Below are positions 49,401 through 59,900 of a DNA stretch of 64,000 nt, piece after piece (the first letter of the stretch is position 1; every line of letters begins with the position of its first letter). Made by a program: the position numbers and the translations under genes. Under the pieces are notes generated by a model. That model was not told the DNA's origin. It worked only from the letters and a program-made list of their open reading frames with translations, and searched no databases. Origin of the DNA: Spirochaetia bacterium (lineage in GTDB: Bacteria; Spirochaetota; Spirochaetia; SZUA-6; Bin103); the NCBI GenBank assembly GCA_965203055.1, contig OZ241863.1, positions 1,376,001 to 1,440,000 on the forward strand, read 5' to 3'.

Positions 49401-52096
49401 TCGGCCTTCGCGCTTTCCGATTCGGTCGGCGGCAGGGTGACGCGGCGGATGTTGGTGACCCGCAACTGGTCGCCGCCGGCGTACTCCAACGTCCCGGAGT
49501 AGCCGACGCCGCCAACTTCGACGTTGGAGACCGCCAGCGACGCCGGGGCCACGAATTCGACCGTGGTCTGCGCCAACCCCACGGAGTCGGGGATCAGCTT
49601 GCCCATCTGGCCGTAGACCGCTTCCACGGTAGCGGAGGTGCCGCCGGTGTACTTGAGCCGCGCCGAGTAGGGCATGCCGTCGTACATGATATTGGAGAGG
49701 TAGATGGAGTCGGGACCGGCCAGCGAGACGCGCACCTGGTCGAGGTTGGCGCGGCTCGGATCAAGCATCTCGGCGAAGACCATCACCTGGGAAGGCTGAT
49801 GGTCAGCCGCCATCATCGCGTCGACCCTGGCCTGCGCGGCCGCAACCTCCGCGGAGGACGCCTCCGCCTTGGCGTGGGCTGCGGAGACCTCCGCCCGGGC
49901 GGCCGAAGCCTCGGCCCGGGCATCGGCCAGCTCCGCTTCAAGAGCGGCGATCCGTTCGAGATGTTCGGCGATCGTCGTCTTCAGCGACTCGTTTTCAGCC
50001 CGCGCCTCGTCCGCCGCGGTCGGCGGCAGGGTGACGCGGCGGATGTTGGTGACCCGCAACTGGTCGCCGCCGGCGTACTCCAACCTCCCGGAGTAACCGA
50101 CCCCGCCGACCTCGACGTTGGAGACCGCCAGCGTGGCCGGGGCCATGAAGTCCAATTCGGTCTGCGCCAACCCCACGGAGTCGGGAATCAGCTTGCCCAT
50201 CGGGCCGTAGACCGCTTCCACGGTGGCGGAGGTGCCGCCGGTGTACCTGAGCAACGCGGAGTAGGGCACGCCGCCGTACATGATGTTGGAGAGGTAGATG
50301 GCGTCGGGACCGGCCAGCGAGACCTGCACCTGGTCGAGGTTGGCGAGGCTCGGATCGAGCATTTCGGCGGAGACCATCACCTGGGAAGGCTGATGGTCAG
50401 CCGCCATCATCGCGTCCATCCTGGCCTGCGCGGCCGCAGTCTCGGCGGCCGATGCCCCGGCAGCCGCTTGGGCGGCCTGAACGTCGGCCATAGCCGCTTC
50501 GGCATCCGCCATGGCGGCCTGGGCGTCTGCCATAGCCGCCTCGGCTTCCGCCCGGGCGGCGCTTACCGCCGCGGCCGCGTCGGCTTCCGCCTTGGCGATG
50601 GCTGCCGCGGCTCGTTCCGCGGCGGTCGGCGGCAGGGTGACGCGGCGGATGTTGGTGACCTGCAACTGGTCGCCGCCGGCGTACTCCAGCGTGCCGGAGT
50701 AACCGACGCCGCCGACCTCGACGTTGGAGACCGCCAGCGCGGCCGGCGCCATGAAGTCCAACTCGGTCTGCGCCAACCCCACGGAGTCGGGAATCAGCTT
50801 GCCCATCGGGCCGTAGACCGCTTCCACGGTAGCGGTGGTGCCGCCGGAGTACCTGAGCAGCGCGGAGTAGGGCACGCCGCCGTACATGATGTTGGAGAGG
50901 TAGATGGCATCGGGACCGGCCAGAGAAACCTGCACCTGGTCGAGATTGGCGAGGCTCGGATCGAGCATTTCGGCGGAAACCATCACCTGGGAAGGCTGAT
51001 GGTCAGCCGCCATCATCGCGTCGACCTTGGCTTGCGCGGCCGCAGCCTCCGCTGCCGATGCCTGGGCGGCCGCCTGGGCGGTCTGAGCATCGGCCATGGC
51101 CGTTTCAGTCTCTGCCATGGCGGTTTCAGCCTGCGCCATGGCGGCATCGGCCGCAGCTTGGGCGGCGGCCAATTCGGCTTCGAGCGCGGCTATCCGCGTG
51201 GCCTGCGCAGGGGGCAGCGTGGCGCGGCGGATTCCGGCTACCTGCAGCCGGTTGCCGCCGACGTACTGAAGTTCACCCGAGTAGCCAGCGCCGCCAACGT
51301 CCACGTTGGAGACCACGAGCCGGTTCGGCGCGAGGAAGGTCAGTTCCGTCATGCCCAGGTTTACGGAATCGGGAATCAGCTTGCCGTCGTGCCCGAAGAT
51401 TCCCTCCACCGAAGCGGTGGTGCCGCCCTGGTACTTCAGCAGGGCCGAATAGGTCTCGCCGCCGTACCGGATGGATGAGATGTAGATCGAGTCCGGACCG
51501 GCAAGGGAGGCCTGCGCCTCATCGAAGTCGAGCAGGCCGACGTCGAGCATGTCGGCCGAGACCATCACCGCGGAAGGATGATGGGCCGCCATCATCATGG
51601 CGTCGACCTTGGCCATTGCTTCAGCCTCGGCCGCGCGCGCCTGGGCAGCGTCCTGTTGCGCGGCGGTAGCGTCCGCCTGCGCCTGAGCGGCGTCCTGCTG
51701 CGCCGCGGCGACGTCCGCGCGCGCCCGCGCCGCGTCCTGCTGGGCAGCCTCGGCGTCCGCGCGCGCCTGCGCCGCATCAGCCTGCGCCGCGGCGGTTGCC
51801 GCCTGCGCTTCGCTCAGGGCGCCCTCCGCGGCCTCGGCCGCGGCTTTCGCGGTGGCCGCTTCGGAGGCGGCCGCGTCCAGTTCGGCTCGCGTAGGGGGAG
51901 TCTCGTCGGAAGGGGCGCTCAGCGTCGCGCACGCTGTCGCCATGACCGCGCATGCCGATACTAGGAGCATGCGCAGGCCCCGGAGCGGCCGCCGAGGGCG
52001 AACCGGAGTGAGAGACGAGGGATCGGGGTAGAGCTGCCGAGCTGTCGCGAACGAGCTTGCAGTGAGCGTTTCCATGTCGAGACTTATACTGTGCAT
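46469..52096 (-). CDS. Large repeat surface lipoprotein of unknown family (~1,875 aa)
   Basis: RBS GGAGGAGG before ATG 52096; lipobox-like AVMATAC. Seven similar ~120 aa beta-rich domains plus one diverged copy alternate with Ala-rich coiled coils; distinct C-terminal beta domain. Confidence 0.85.
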   Translation of the reverse strand: MHSISLDMETLTASSFATARQLYPDPSSLTPVRPRRPLRGLRMLLVSACAVMATACATLSAPSDETPPTRAELDAAASEAATAKAAAEAAEGALSEAQAATAAAQADAAQARADAEAAQQDAARARADVAAAQQDAAQAQADATAAQQDAAQARAAEAEAMAKVDAMMMAAHHPSAVMVSADMLDVGLLDFDEAQASLAGPDSIYISSIRYGGETYSALLKYQGGTTASVEGIFGHDGKLIPDSVNLGMTELTFLAPNRLVVSNVDVGGAGYSGELQYVGGNRLQVAGIRRATLPPAQATRIAALEAELAAAQAAADAAMAQAETAMAETETAMADAQTAQAAAQASAAEAAAAQAKVDAMMAADHQPSQVMVSAEMLDPSLANLDQVQVSLAGPDAIYLSNIMYGGVPYSALLRYSGGTTATVEAVYGPMGKLIPDSVGLAQTELDFMAPAALAVSNVEVGGVGYSGTLEYAGGDQLQVTNIRRVTLPPTAAERAAAAIAKAEADAAAAVSAARAEAEAAMADAQAAMADAEAAMADVQAAQAAAGASAAETAAAQARMDAMMAADHQPSQVMVSAEMLDPSLANLDQVQVSLAGPDAIYLSNIMYGGVPYSALLRYTGGTSATVEAVYGPMGKLIPDSVGLAQTELDFMAPATLAVSNVEVGGVGYSGRLEYAGGDQLRVTNIRRVTLPPTAADEARAENESLKTTIAEHLERIAALEAELADARAEASAARAEVSAAHAKAEASSAEVAAAQARVDAMMAADHQPSQVMVFAEMLDPSRANLDQVRVSLAGPDSIYLSNIMYDGMPYSARLKYTGGTSATVEAVYGQMGKLIPDSVGLAQTTVEFVAPASLAVSNVEVGGVGYSGTLEYAGGDQLRVTNIRRVTLPPTESESAKAEAAAAVAKAQADAAAAVSMAQAEAETAMADAQSAMADAEAAMAAADAAAADAAAAQAKVDAMMAAGHQPSQVMVFAEMLDASRANLDQVRVTLAGPDAIYLSNIMYDGMPYSALLRYTGGTSATVEAVYGQMGKLIPDSVGLAQTTVEFVAPASLAVSNVEVGGVGYSGTLEYAGGDQLRVTNIRRVALPPSAAEAARAEADAAVAKAQADAAAAVSMAQAEAEAAMADAEAAMADAQAAQAAAAASAAEAAAAQAKVDAMMAAGHQPSQVMVFAEMLDANRANLDQVRVTLAGPDAIYLSNIMYDGMPYSALLKYTGGTSATVEAVYGQMGKLIPDSVGLAQTTVEFVAPAALAVSNVEVGGVGYSGTLEYAGGDQLRVTDIRRVTLPPTAAETAQAEAAAAIAKAQADAAAAVSAAQAKAEAAMADAQSAMADAEAAAADVKVAKASSQASAAEAKAAQAQVDAMMAAAHQPSQVMVFAEMLDANRANVDQVRVTLAGPDAIYLSNIMYDGMPYSALLKYTGGTSATVEAVYGQMGKLIPDSVGLAQTTVEFVAPASLAVSNVEVGGVGYSGTLEYAGGDQLRVTNIRRVTLPPTAAQTARAEAAAALERAQAAEAEAAAARAEADAALERAMAAEAAAAMTMDAADAAMAEADEGVPLVGLNLGLLDLESARLNIAGPNSIYISGVQYAGRDVSVRVSYEQGGMGKVEALFDSADDMFTDSVTMDAAEIEVVGDALVLSNVGIQGLAHTLTLTFDAEGGIDDVAVRNNGWAVRTVAELQRDKLITGGTYLVNGFTDGQALANEGAWSESGATVTQTDSGASHAKYTIPAAQSGSEMLFGVTASAPSGSDKVGFGLHLLASDTPDTANTWNYGRSYLIWATRDPFYDTDATHLQFYESSDNNTLAWLASRRIEQSLNSPLTLEALYQSDGTVTLLVGGEEQLRLNVGAAITAGDRVALRSLGGPVEFTQVYVTAR

Positions 52097-52270
52097 TACT
52101 CCTCCTCCGCAAAGTATGACGCGCGCCCATCGTCGGCGCAACAAGCCGCGCGCAATTTCGGAGAGTTGCCGGACCCACGCCAAGCTTGCCTGATCGCACC
52201 GGCAGGCTGCACCCGGTCAAACGGTGGCAGCACGCCCGGCGGCACGGTCGCCCGTCGAGATCCCGGCGCT

Positions 52271-52299
52271 ATAATCACAAACGATTCGACGTGTGTCAA
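52271..52299 (-). promoter_or_regulatory. Putative promoter of the repeat lipoprotein gene (~170 nt leader)
   Basis: TTGACA-N17-GATTAT on the - strand. Confidence 0.5.
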
Positions 52300-52335
52300 A
52301 CCCTATTTGCGAACCCGATTGCGCGCCGCCTCGGG

Positions 52336-52662
52336 TCACCCGCAAGGCGCCTCGAGGCTTACCCTGACGAGGGCCGCGACCGCGTCCGGCTGGCGGGTTC
52401 CGCCGGCGACGCGGTTGGCGCGGACCGTTCCGCAGCGCTCGCACCGGTGGAGCAGTTGCCAGCCCTTGCGGCCGGCGTGGCGGACCGCGACCGGCGCCAT
52501 GAGCCCGCCGCAGGAGTTGGCCCGGTCACCGGGGCGCACGTCCACGTGCAGCGAGTACAGGCAGCGCGGACAGTGATTGCGGTAGCTGCCGGTGTCCAGC
52601 GGCGCCACCCGGCAGCCGCACTGCGCGCAACGAAAGCCGGTGTTCTCGCGCTTCTGCCCCAT
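52336..52662 (-). CDS. RNHCP-domain protein
   Basis: FRCAQCG...YRNHCPRCLYSLHVD..PGDR...CGGLM...HRCERCG. Confidence 0.9.
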   Translation of the reverse strand: MGQKRENTGFRCAQCGCRVAPLDTGSYRNHCPRCLYSLHVDVRPGDRANSCGGLMAPVAVRHAGRKGWQLLHRCERCGTVRANRVAGGTRQPDAVAALVRVSLEAPCG

Positions 52663-52681
52663 GTCCCCAGGTCCGCGAGCG

Positions 52682-53740
52682 CTACTTCGAGATGAGCTCC
52701 AACTCGAACACGAGAAATGAATTCGGAGGAATTACCCCGGGCACGCCGCGGCTCCCGTAGGCCAGTTCCGGCGGAATGATCACGGTGCGTCGTTCCCCCT
52801 CGACCATGTCCAGCAACGCTTCATTCATGCCCGGGATGAGATCGCCGATGGTGAACTGCGCCGCGTCGCCGCGCGAGTGGGAACTGTCGAACACGCTGCC
52901 GTCGAGCAGCTTGCCGGTGTAGTGCACGGTGACGCTCTGACCCGACTGCGGCTTGTCGGCGCCGCTGCCGGCCGCGGTGACCACGTAGCGCAAGCCTGAG
53001 TCGGTGGCCGCCGCCTCCGGCCAAGTGGCGGCGATGATCTCTTCGGCCGCGGCGCGTTCCAAGGCCGCGGCGCGTTGCGACTGGCCCCCGGTCTGCTCCA
53101 GCAGCGCGTCGAAGCGCGCCTGATCGACGGCGTAGGCCTCGGCCGCGGCGCCGATGCGGAGGATGTTGATTTCCTCCATCACGTCGCCCTGGCCCACCGC
53201 GTCCACCACCTCCTGGCCGTGGACCACGCGCCCGAACACCGTATGGTTGCCATCCAGCCAGGGAGTGGCCTTGTGGGTAATGAAGAACTGGCTGCCGTTG
53301 GTATTGGGGCCGGAGTTGGCCATCGACAGCACGCCGGGACCGTCGTGCTTCAACTCCGCGACGATCTCGTCCGGGAACTGGTAGCCGGGGCCGCCGCTGC
53401 CGTTGCCGCGCGGATCTCCCCCCTGGATCATGAAGTCGTCGATGACGCGATGGAACTTGAGGCCGTCGTAGAACCGTTCCGCGTTGCGGTGGCGGTACTG
53501 AATGGTGCCTTCCGCCAGCCCGACGAAGTTGGCGACGGTCAACGGCACCCGCTCATACTCGAGGCGCAGATAGATGGCGCCGTGTCTGGTCTTCAGCTCC
53601 GCATAGAGGCCGTCGTCCAATTCAGGACGCGGCTGCTCTCCGGCGGCGTCGCCGGCGGCGCAAGCGGCGACTGCGAGCGCGGCGCCGAGCGGCAGCAGCG
53701 ACCACCCGCCCCGGGAGCGTGCGCGATGGGCCTGTCTCAT
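52682..53740 (-). CDS. Cyclophilin-FKBP fusion peptidyl-prolyl isomerase, probable lipoprotein
   Basis: [21 protein letters not shown] and [17 protein letters not shown] (cyclophilin); [16 protein letters not shown] and IPPELAYG (FKBP). Confidence 0.92.
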   Translation of the reverse strand: MRQAHRARSRGGWSLLPLGAALAVAACAAGDAAGEQPRPELDDGLYAELKTRHGAIYLRLEYERVPLTVANFVGLAEGTIQYRHRNAERFYDGLKFHRVIDDFMIQGGDPRGNGSGGPGYQFPDEIVAELKHDGPGVLSMANSGPNTNGSQFFITHKATPWLDGNHTVFGRVVHGQEVVDAVGQGDVMEEINILRIGAAAEAYAVDQARFDALLEQTGGQSQRAAALERAAAEEIIAATWPEAAATDSGLRYVVTAAGSGADKPQSGQSVTVHYTGKLLDGSVFDSSHSRGDAAQFTIGDLIPGMNEALLDMVEGERRTVIIPPELAYGSRGVPGVIPPNSFLVFELELISK

Positions 53741-53935
53741 GACCACGTGAATGTATTGCAGCGCTGCCGCGGGCTCAACCCCGCCGGCGGCGGGAGTTCC
53801 GGACCGCGCGGCGACGGCGCGCCGGTCTGCGATGGCTGCCTGCCGCATAAGTGTTTGCGGCAGCGGCGCGGATCTGCGATAGTGGCGTCAGGCTGGCTAC
53901 TTCTTCATGCCACTTCTTCATGGCAGGCACCGGAG

Positions 53936-56900
53936 ATGAGGGGAGCGACGACCGGCAGATCCTTGTTGATGGCACGCATTTTGCGGGGGGGGGGGGGGGG
54001 GGCTCGAGAAATTACCCGGCGGCAGTGCCGCCGCGGCGGCGCTGGTCGCGCTGCTGAGCCTGGCGCCCCCGGCCGCCGCGCAATCTCCCGCGCTCTCCTT
54101 CGGCTCGGCGGCGGTGGAGAGCAAGCTCTACGATACCGGCACCGCCATCACTCCCATCGTGCTGCCGGAAGCGACCGGCGGCGCCGGGACCCTGAGCTAC
54201 ACGCTTTCGCCGGCCACGCTGCCGCGCGGCCTGACCTGGACCGCCTCGACCCGCACCATCGCGGGGACGCCCACCGCGGTCACCGCCGCCACCACCTACA
54301 CCTGGCAGGCGACGGACGGCGATGGAGACCGCGCCACCCTGACCTTCTCGTTGCGGGTCTGGGCACCCGCCGGGCCGGCGGTCGACGGGACCAGCGTGCG
54401 CCTGGAGACCGTGAACGGGCGCACCAAGTACAACTACTGGCCCGGCGAGACGATCTGGTTCCTGGTCCAGTATCCTGAGAAGGTAGCGGTCACCGGGACG
54501 CCGCAGGTCACGCTGGTCGTCGGCGACCGGACGCGCAAGGCCGATTACAGCGCCGCCGACACGGCCTGGTTGCGGTTGGCGACGAACGACGACCCCTACG
54601 ATCTGCTGATCTTCACCTACACGGTGCGGGCGGACGACTTCGACGGCGACGGCGTCGCGGTCCCGGCGGACGCGCTGAGCCTGAACGGCGGGACCATCCG
54701 GGCGGTGGACGGCGGCGCCGACGCCAAGCTCAGCCTGGGAACGCACGCGGTCGCCAGCGGCGACGCGACCAGCGTCCAGATGCGGGTGCGCGATACGGCG
54801 CCTGCCTTCTCGCAGTCGGCGAGCGCCGCCAACCGGTCGTTCGCGCTCAACGCGGCGACCTCCACCACGCTGCCCCGGGCCACCGGCGACGGCGCGCTGA
54901 CCTACGCCGTCAGCCCGGCGCTGCCGCGCGGCCTCTCGCTGGCGAGCGCCAGCCCGAAGATCACCGGCACGCCCCGGGTTGCGGGCGCGACCACGCACAC
55001 GCTGACGGCGACCGACGCCGACGGCGACCGCACGGCGCTCGGGCCATTCACCATCACGGTGGCGGCGGCCAGCGCGCCGAAGCCGAGCGCGCTGACCCTC
55101 AGTCCTCCGCCGGGCTTCGACGGCGACTACGCCGCCGGCGAGGTGATCCGGGCCTTCGTCTCGTTCGACAAGGGCGTCACGGTCACCGGCGCGCCGCGGC
55201 TGGCGCTCACCATCGGCGCCAACACCCGCCAAGCGTCGTACCACGCCGCCGGCAGCGACTCGGACGACCTCTCGTTCCGCTACACCGTGACCTCCTCGGA
55301 CTTCGACGGCGACGGCATCAGCATCGGCGACGCCGCGCTGACCCTGAACGGCGGCGCCATCGTCGGCACCGCGGCCGGCGCCGCAGCCGCGGCGCTGGAC
55401 CTCAGCGGCTACGCCGTCGCCAACGCCGCCGGGCACACGGTGCGCGATACGCAGCCATCCTTCGGGAGCGCCTCGGTGTCCGCCCGGAACTACCCCAAGA
55501 ACGCCGCGGTGGACGAATCGCTGCCGGCGGCCACCGGCGGCGACGGCACCCTGCGCTACACCTTGCAGCCGGCGCTGCCGCGCGGCCTCTCCTTCGACCC
55601 GGCCGGCCGCCGCATCCACGGCACTCCTTCCGTCCGCGCCCCGCCCGCCACCTACACCTACCGGGCAACCGACGGCGACGGTGACGCGGCCGCGCTGACC
55701 TTCCTGCTGGCGGTGACCGACGTCCCGGCGGTGAGCGCGGTGCGCGTCAGCTCCAGCCCGGCGAGCGGCGACGCCTACGGCGCGCTGGAGACCATCAGCG
55801 TGGAGGTGCGGTTCGACCAGGCGGTGACGGTCACCGCGCCCAACCCCAGCCTGGCGCTCACCGTCGGCGCCCGCACCCGCAGCGCGGCCTTCGCCGGCAA
55901 GCCGAACGCGAGCACCTTGCGCTTCAGCTACCGGGTGCAGGCCTCCGACGATGACGACGACGGCATCGGCGTCGCCGCCGGCGCGCTCACGCTGAACGGC
56001 GCCGGCAAGCTGCGCGACGCGACCGGCACCCGCGACGCGGCGCTCGCGCTCGGCACCCACGCCATCGCCAACGCGGCGGGCCACCAGGTCGACACGCCGC
56101 CGAAGATCTCCGGCGTCGCCATCACCTCCCGGCCGACGAACGGCAACTACGCCGCCGGCGACGTGATCGCGGCGCGCCTCACCTTTACCGAGTCGGTGTT
56201 CGTGCGCCGCAATCCGCCGACGGTGGCGCTCACCATCGGCGCCAACCCCCGCACCGCGACGTGGCACGGCGGCCCCAGCATCGGCGGCCCGAACACCCAC
56301 ACCTTCGCCTATACCGTGCAGTCGTCGGACTTCGACGGCGACGGCATCAGCATCGCCGCCGGCGCGGTGACCGCCAACAGCGGCTTCCTGGCCCATAGCC
56401 GCGATGATCCGAACCGGCGCGCGCTGGTCGGCCTGGGCAGCCACGCCATCGCCAACGACGCGAACCACCGCGTGCGCGACACCGCGCCGACCTTCGCCTC
56501 CGCGGTCGCCGCGCAGCACTACGTGGCCGGCGCCGCGGCGTCGCTGACGCTGCCCGCGGCCACCGGCGACGGCGCCATATCGTACCAACTGACCGGCGCG
56601 CTGCCGGGCGGGCTGATCTACCACAGCGCCGACCGCCGGATCAGCGGCACGCCGCAAGCGGCCGCCGCCGCCAGCGCGCAGACCTGGGTCGCCACCGACG
56701 CCGACGGCGACGCGACGGCGCTCACCTTCACCATCACCGTGGCCGCGGCCGGCGCGCCGAAGGTATCGGCGCTGACCTTCCTGTCGACGCCGCGGCGCGG
56801 CGCCACCTATGCCGTCGGCGAGACGATCGTGGCGGGCATCAAGTTCGACAAGAGCGTCACCATGACCGGTTCGCCGCGGCTGGCGTTGTCGATCGGCGGC

Positions 56901-59900
56901 GTGACGCGCTACGCGACCCTTTTCAGCCGGCCGTCGCGAGTCACGCGGTGGCACCATCCGTTCACCTACACGGTGCGGAGCGTCGACCGCGACACCGACG
57001 GGATCAGCATCGGCGCCAGCGCGCTGTCGCTGAACGGCGGCAGCATCGTGCGGTCGAACGACGCGAGCGTCGCCGCCTCGCTGGCGCTCGGCAGCTTCGC
57101 GGTCGCCAACGCCGCCGGCCACAAGGTGGACGGCGGCACCAACCAACCGCCCGCGGTGCGCTCGGTCAGCGTCGACTCCTGGCCGGTGGCGAGCGCCGGC
57201 TACGCCGCCGGCGACGTGATCCGCCTCAACGTCGGATTCTCGGAGCCGCTGGTGGTGACCGGGTCCCCGCGCCTGGCGCTCGGCATCGGCACGAACACGC
57301 GCCAGGCGGCCTTCGACCGCGCCGCGCACAAGCAGCTCTACTTCCGCTACACGGTGCAGGTCTCCGACCACGACGCCGACGGCATCAGCGTCGCCGCGAA
57401 CGCCCTGACCCTGCCGGACGGCGCCGCGGTGCGGGACGCCGCCGGCGCCGACGCTGCGCTCGGGCTCGGCTCCCGCGCGCTCTCCAACCTGTCGGCGCAC
57501 AAGGTCAGCACCCCGCCCAAGGTCACCGGGCTGGCGATCGTCTCCAAGCCGCAGCAGGCCGGCACCTACACCCGCGGCGGCGTCATCACCGCCCGGGTGA
57601 CCTTCGATCAGAGCGTCACCGTGACCGGCAGCCCCGCGCTCGCCCTCACCATCGGCGCCGATACCCGCGCGGCGACCGCCGCGGCCGGCAGCGGCAACGC
57701 GTACCTCGACTTCAGCTACACCGTGGCCGCGGCGGACGCGGACGCCGACGGCCTCGGCATCACCGGGGCGGCGCTGACGCTGCCGAGCGGCGCGGCCATC
57801 CGGGATGCCGACGGCGCCGGCGCCGTCCTGGATCTCGGCAGCTACGCCGCAACCCGCTTCGCCAACGCCAAGGTGGACGGGAGCAAGACCGGCCTCTGGC
57901 CGGACTTCGGCGCCGCCGCCGGCCCCGACCTGTCGATCGGCAAGAACGTCACCGTGACCTACCTGCTCGACCCGGCCTGCGGCCCGGTGCCGGTCGGGTG
58001 CTCCCTGGCCGCCTCGCACACCGGCGACGCGCCGCTGGCCTACACCGTCTCGCCGCCGCTGCCGAGCGGCCTGAACCTGTACCGCGGCACCGCGGTCCTG
58101 GTCGGCGCCGCAACGGTGGCATCGCCTTCCACCAGGTACACGCTGACGGTGAGGGACGCCAACGGCGACACCGACACCCTGACCTTCACCCTGGCGGTGA
58201 CCGGCGACCGCCCGACGGTCCACGGCGTGAGCTTCCGGTCCAGCCCGGCCGCGGCGAGCACCTATGGCCGCGGCGAGGAGATCCGGGTGGCGGTCCGCTT
58301 CCGGCGGCAGGGCGGCGGCGCCCTGGCGGTCACTGGGTCGCCCCGCCTGGCGCTCCGGATCGGCAGCGTGACCCGGCAGGCCGCCTATTACGGCGTCAGC
58401 GGCGACGGCGTGCTGTTCCGCTACGCCGTGCAGGCGGCGGACCGCGACGCCGACGGCGTCTCCATCGCCGCCGGCGCCCTGACCCTGAACGGCGGCGCAA
58501 TCCGCGACCGCGCCGGCAACGCGGCGCTGCTCGGCCTTGGCCGCCACCGCGTCGCCAACCACGCGTCGCACAAGGTGGACGGCGGCATCAGGCGCGCGCC
58601 GAGCGTGACCGGCGTGACCATCTCCACCTCGCCCGCCGCGGGCGACACCTACAGCCGCGGCGAGGCGATCGAGGTCGCGGTTCGCTTCAGCCAGGGCGTG
58701 GGAGTGACCGGCACGCCGCGGCTCGCGCTCGGCATCGGCAGCGCCGCCCGCTACGCGAACTACGACCGCGCGGGCGCTACCTCGGCGACGCAGTACTTCC
58801 GCTACGTGGTGCAGCAGGCCGACGTGGACGCCGACGGCCTCAGCATCGGGACCGGCGCCCTGACCCTGAACGGCGGCGCCATCCGCAACAACCAGGGCAC
58901 CAACGCGGCGCTCGGCCTGGGCCGCCATGCCATCAGCAACGCCGCCAACGCCAAGGTGAACGGCGCCGTCAACTCGCCGGCGATCGTGACCGGCGTGGCG
59001 ATCACGTCGCGCCCGGCGAAGGGCGACACCTTCCGTCTGGGCGAGGAGATCCGGGTGCGGGTTACCTTCAGCAAGGCGGTGGTGGCGAGCCGGCGCACCT
59101 ACCGGCAGGGGAACCCGGGCTACCCGCGGCTGGCGCTCACCGTCGGCAGCCGGACGCACCGCGCCGCGCTGCAGACCAGCGTCCAATGGGGCTCGCAGCC
59201 AGCCAGCACCACCCTCGCCTTCCACTACACGGTGCAGGCCGGCGACTACGACGGCGACGGCCTCGGCATCGCGGCGGCCGCGCTCGACGCCAACCTCGGC
59301 AGCATCCGGCACGGCGGCGTGGACGCCAACCTGAGCCTTGGCCGCCACGCCGTCGCCGCCGCGGCGTTCAAGGTGGACGGCCGCCGGCCGAGCGTGTCCG
59401 GGGTGAGCATCACGTCGCGGCCCGGCGCCGGCGACACCTACGCGGCGGGCGAGGTGATCCACGTGGCGATCACGTTCGACATGCCGGTCCGGGTCCCGGT
59501 CGGGCCCTACCCCGGCGGCAGTCCCACGCTGGCCCTCGCCGTCGGCCGCAACACGCGGCAGATGACCTACACCGGCAGCGGCGCCAGCGCCATCGGGTTT
59601 CGCTACGCGGTGCAGGCCGGCGACCGCGACCCGGACGGGGTCAGCGTCGTCACCCGCGGCGGGCTGGACCTGAAGGGCCTGGCGATCACGGCCGCGGCCA
59701 GCGGCAACCCGGCGGTGACCGACCTCAGCGGCTTCACCGGCCACGGCGGAGCCGGCCAGAAGGTGGACGGCGCCGCACGGCCGCCGGTGGTGAGAACCCT
59801 GGTGATGAGCAGCCCGCAGCGCGGTTCCACCTTCGACCGTCACGAGGAGATCGGCATCAACGTCCGGTTCAGCCAGGACCTGACGGTGACCGGCACCCCG

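Noticed and set aside
48113..51478. 1,121 aa plus-strand ORF
   Set aside because: Antisense shadow of the repeat lipoprotein.
53967..53969. TGA upstream of the adhesin frame as selenocysteine
   Set aside because: No redox motif or SECIS-like hairpin; the G-tract frameshift explains the frame better.
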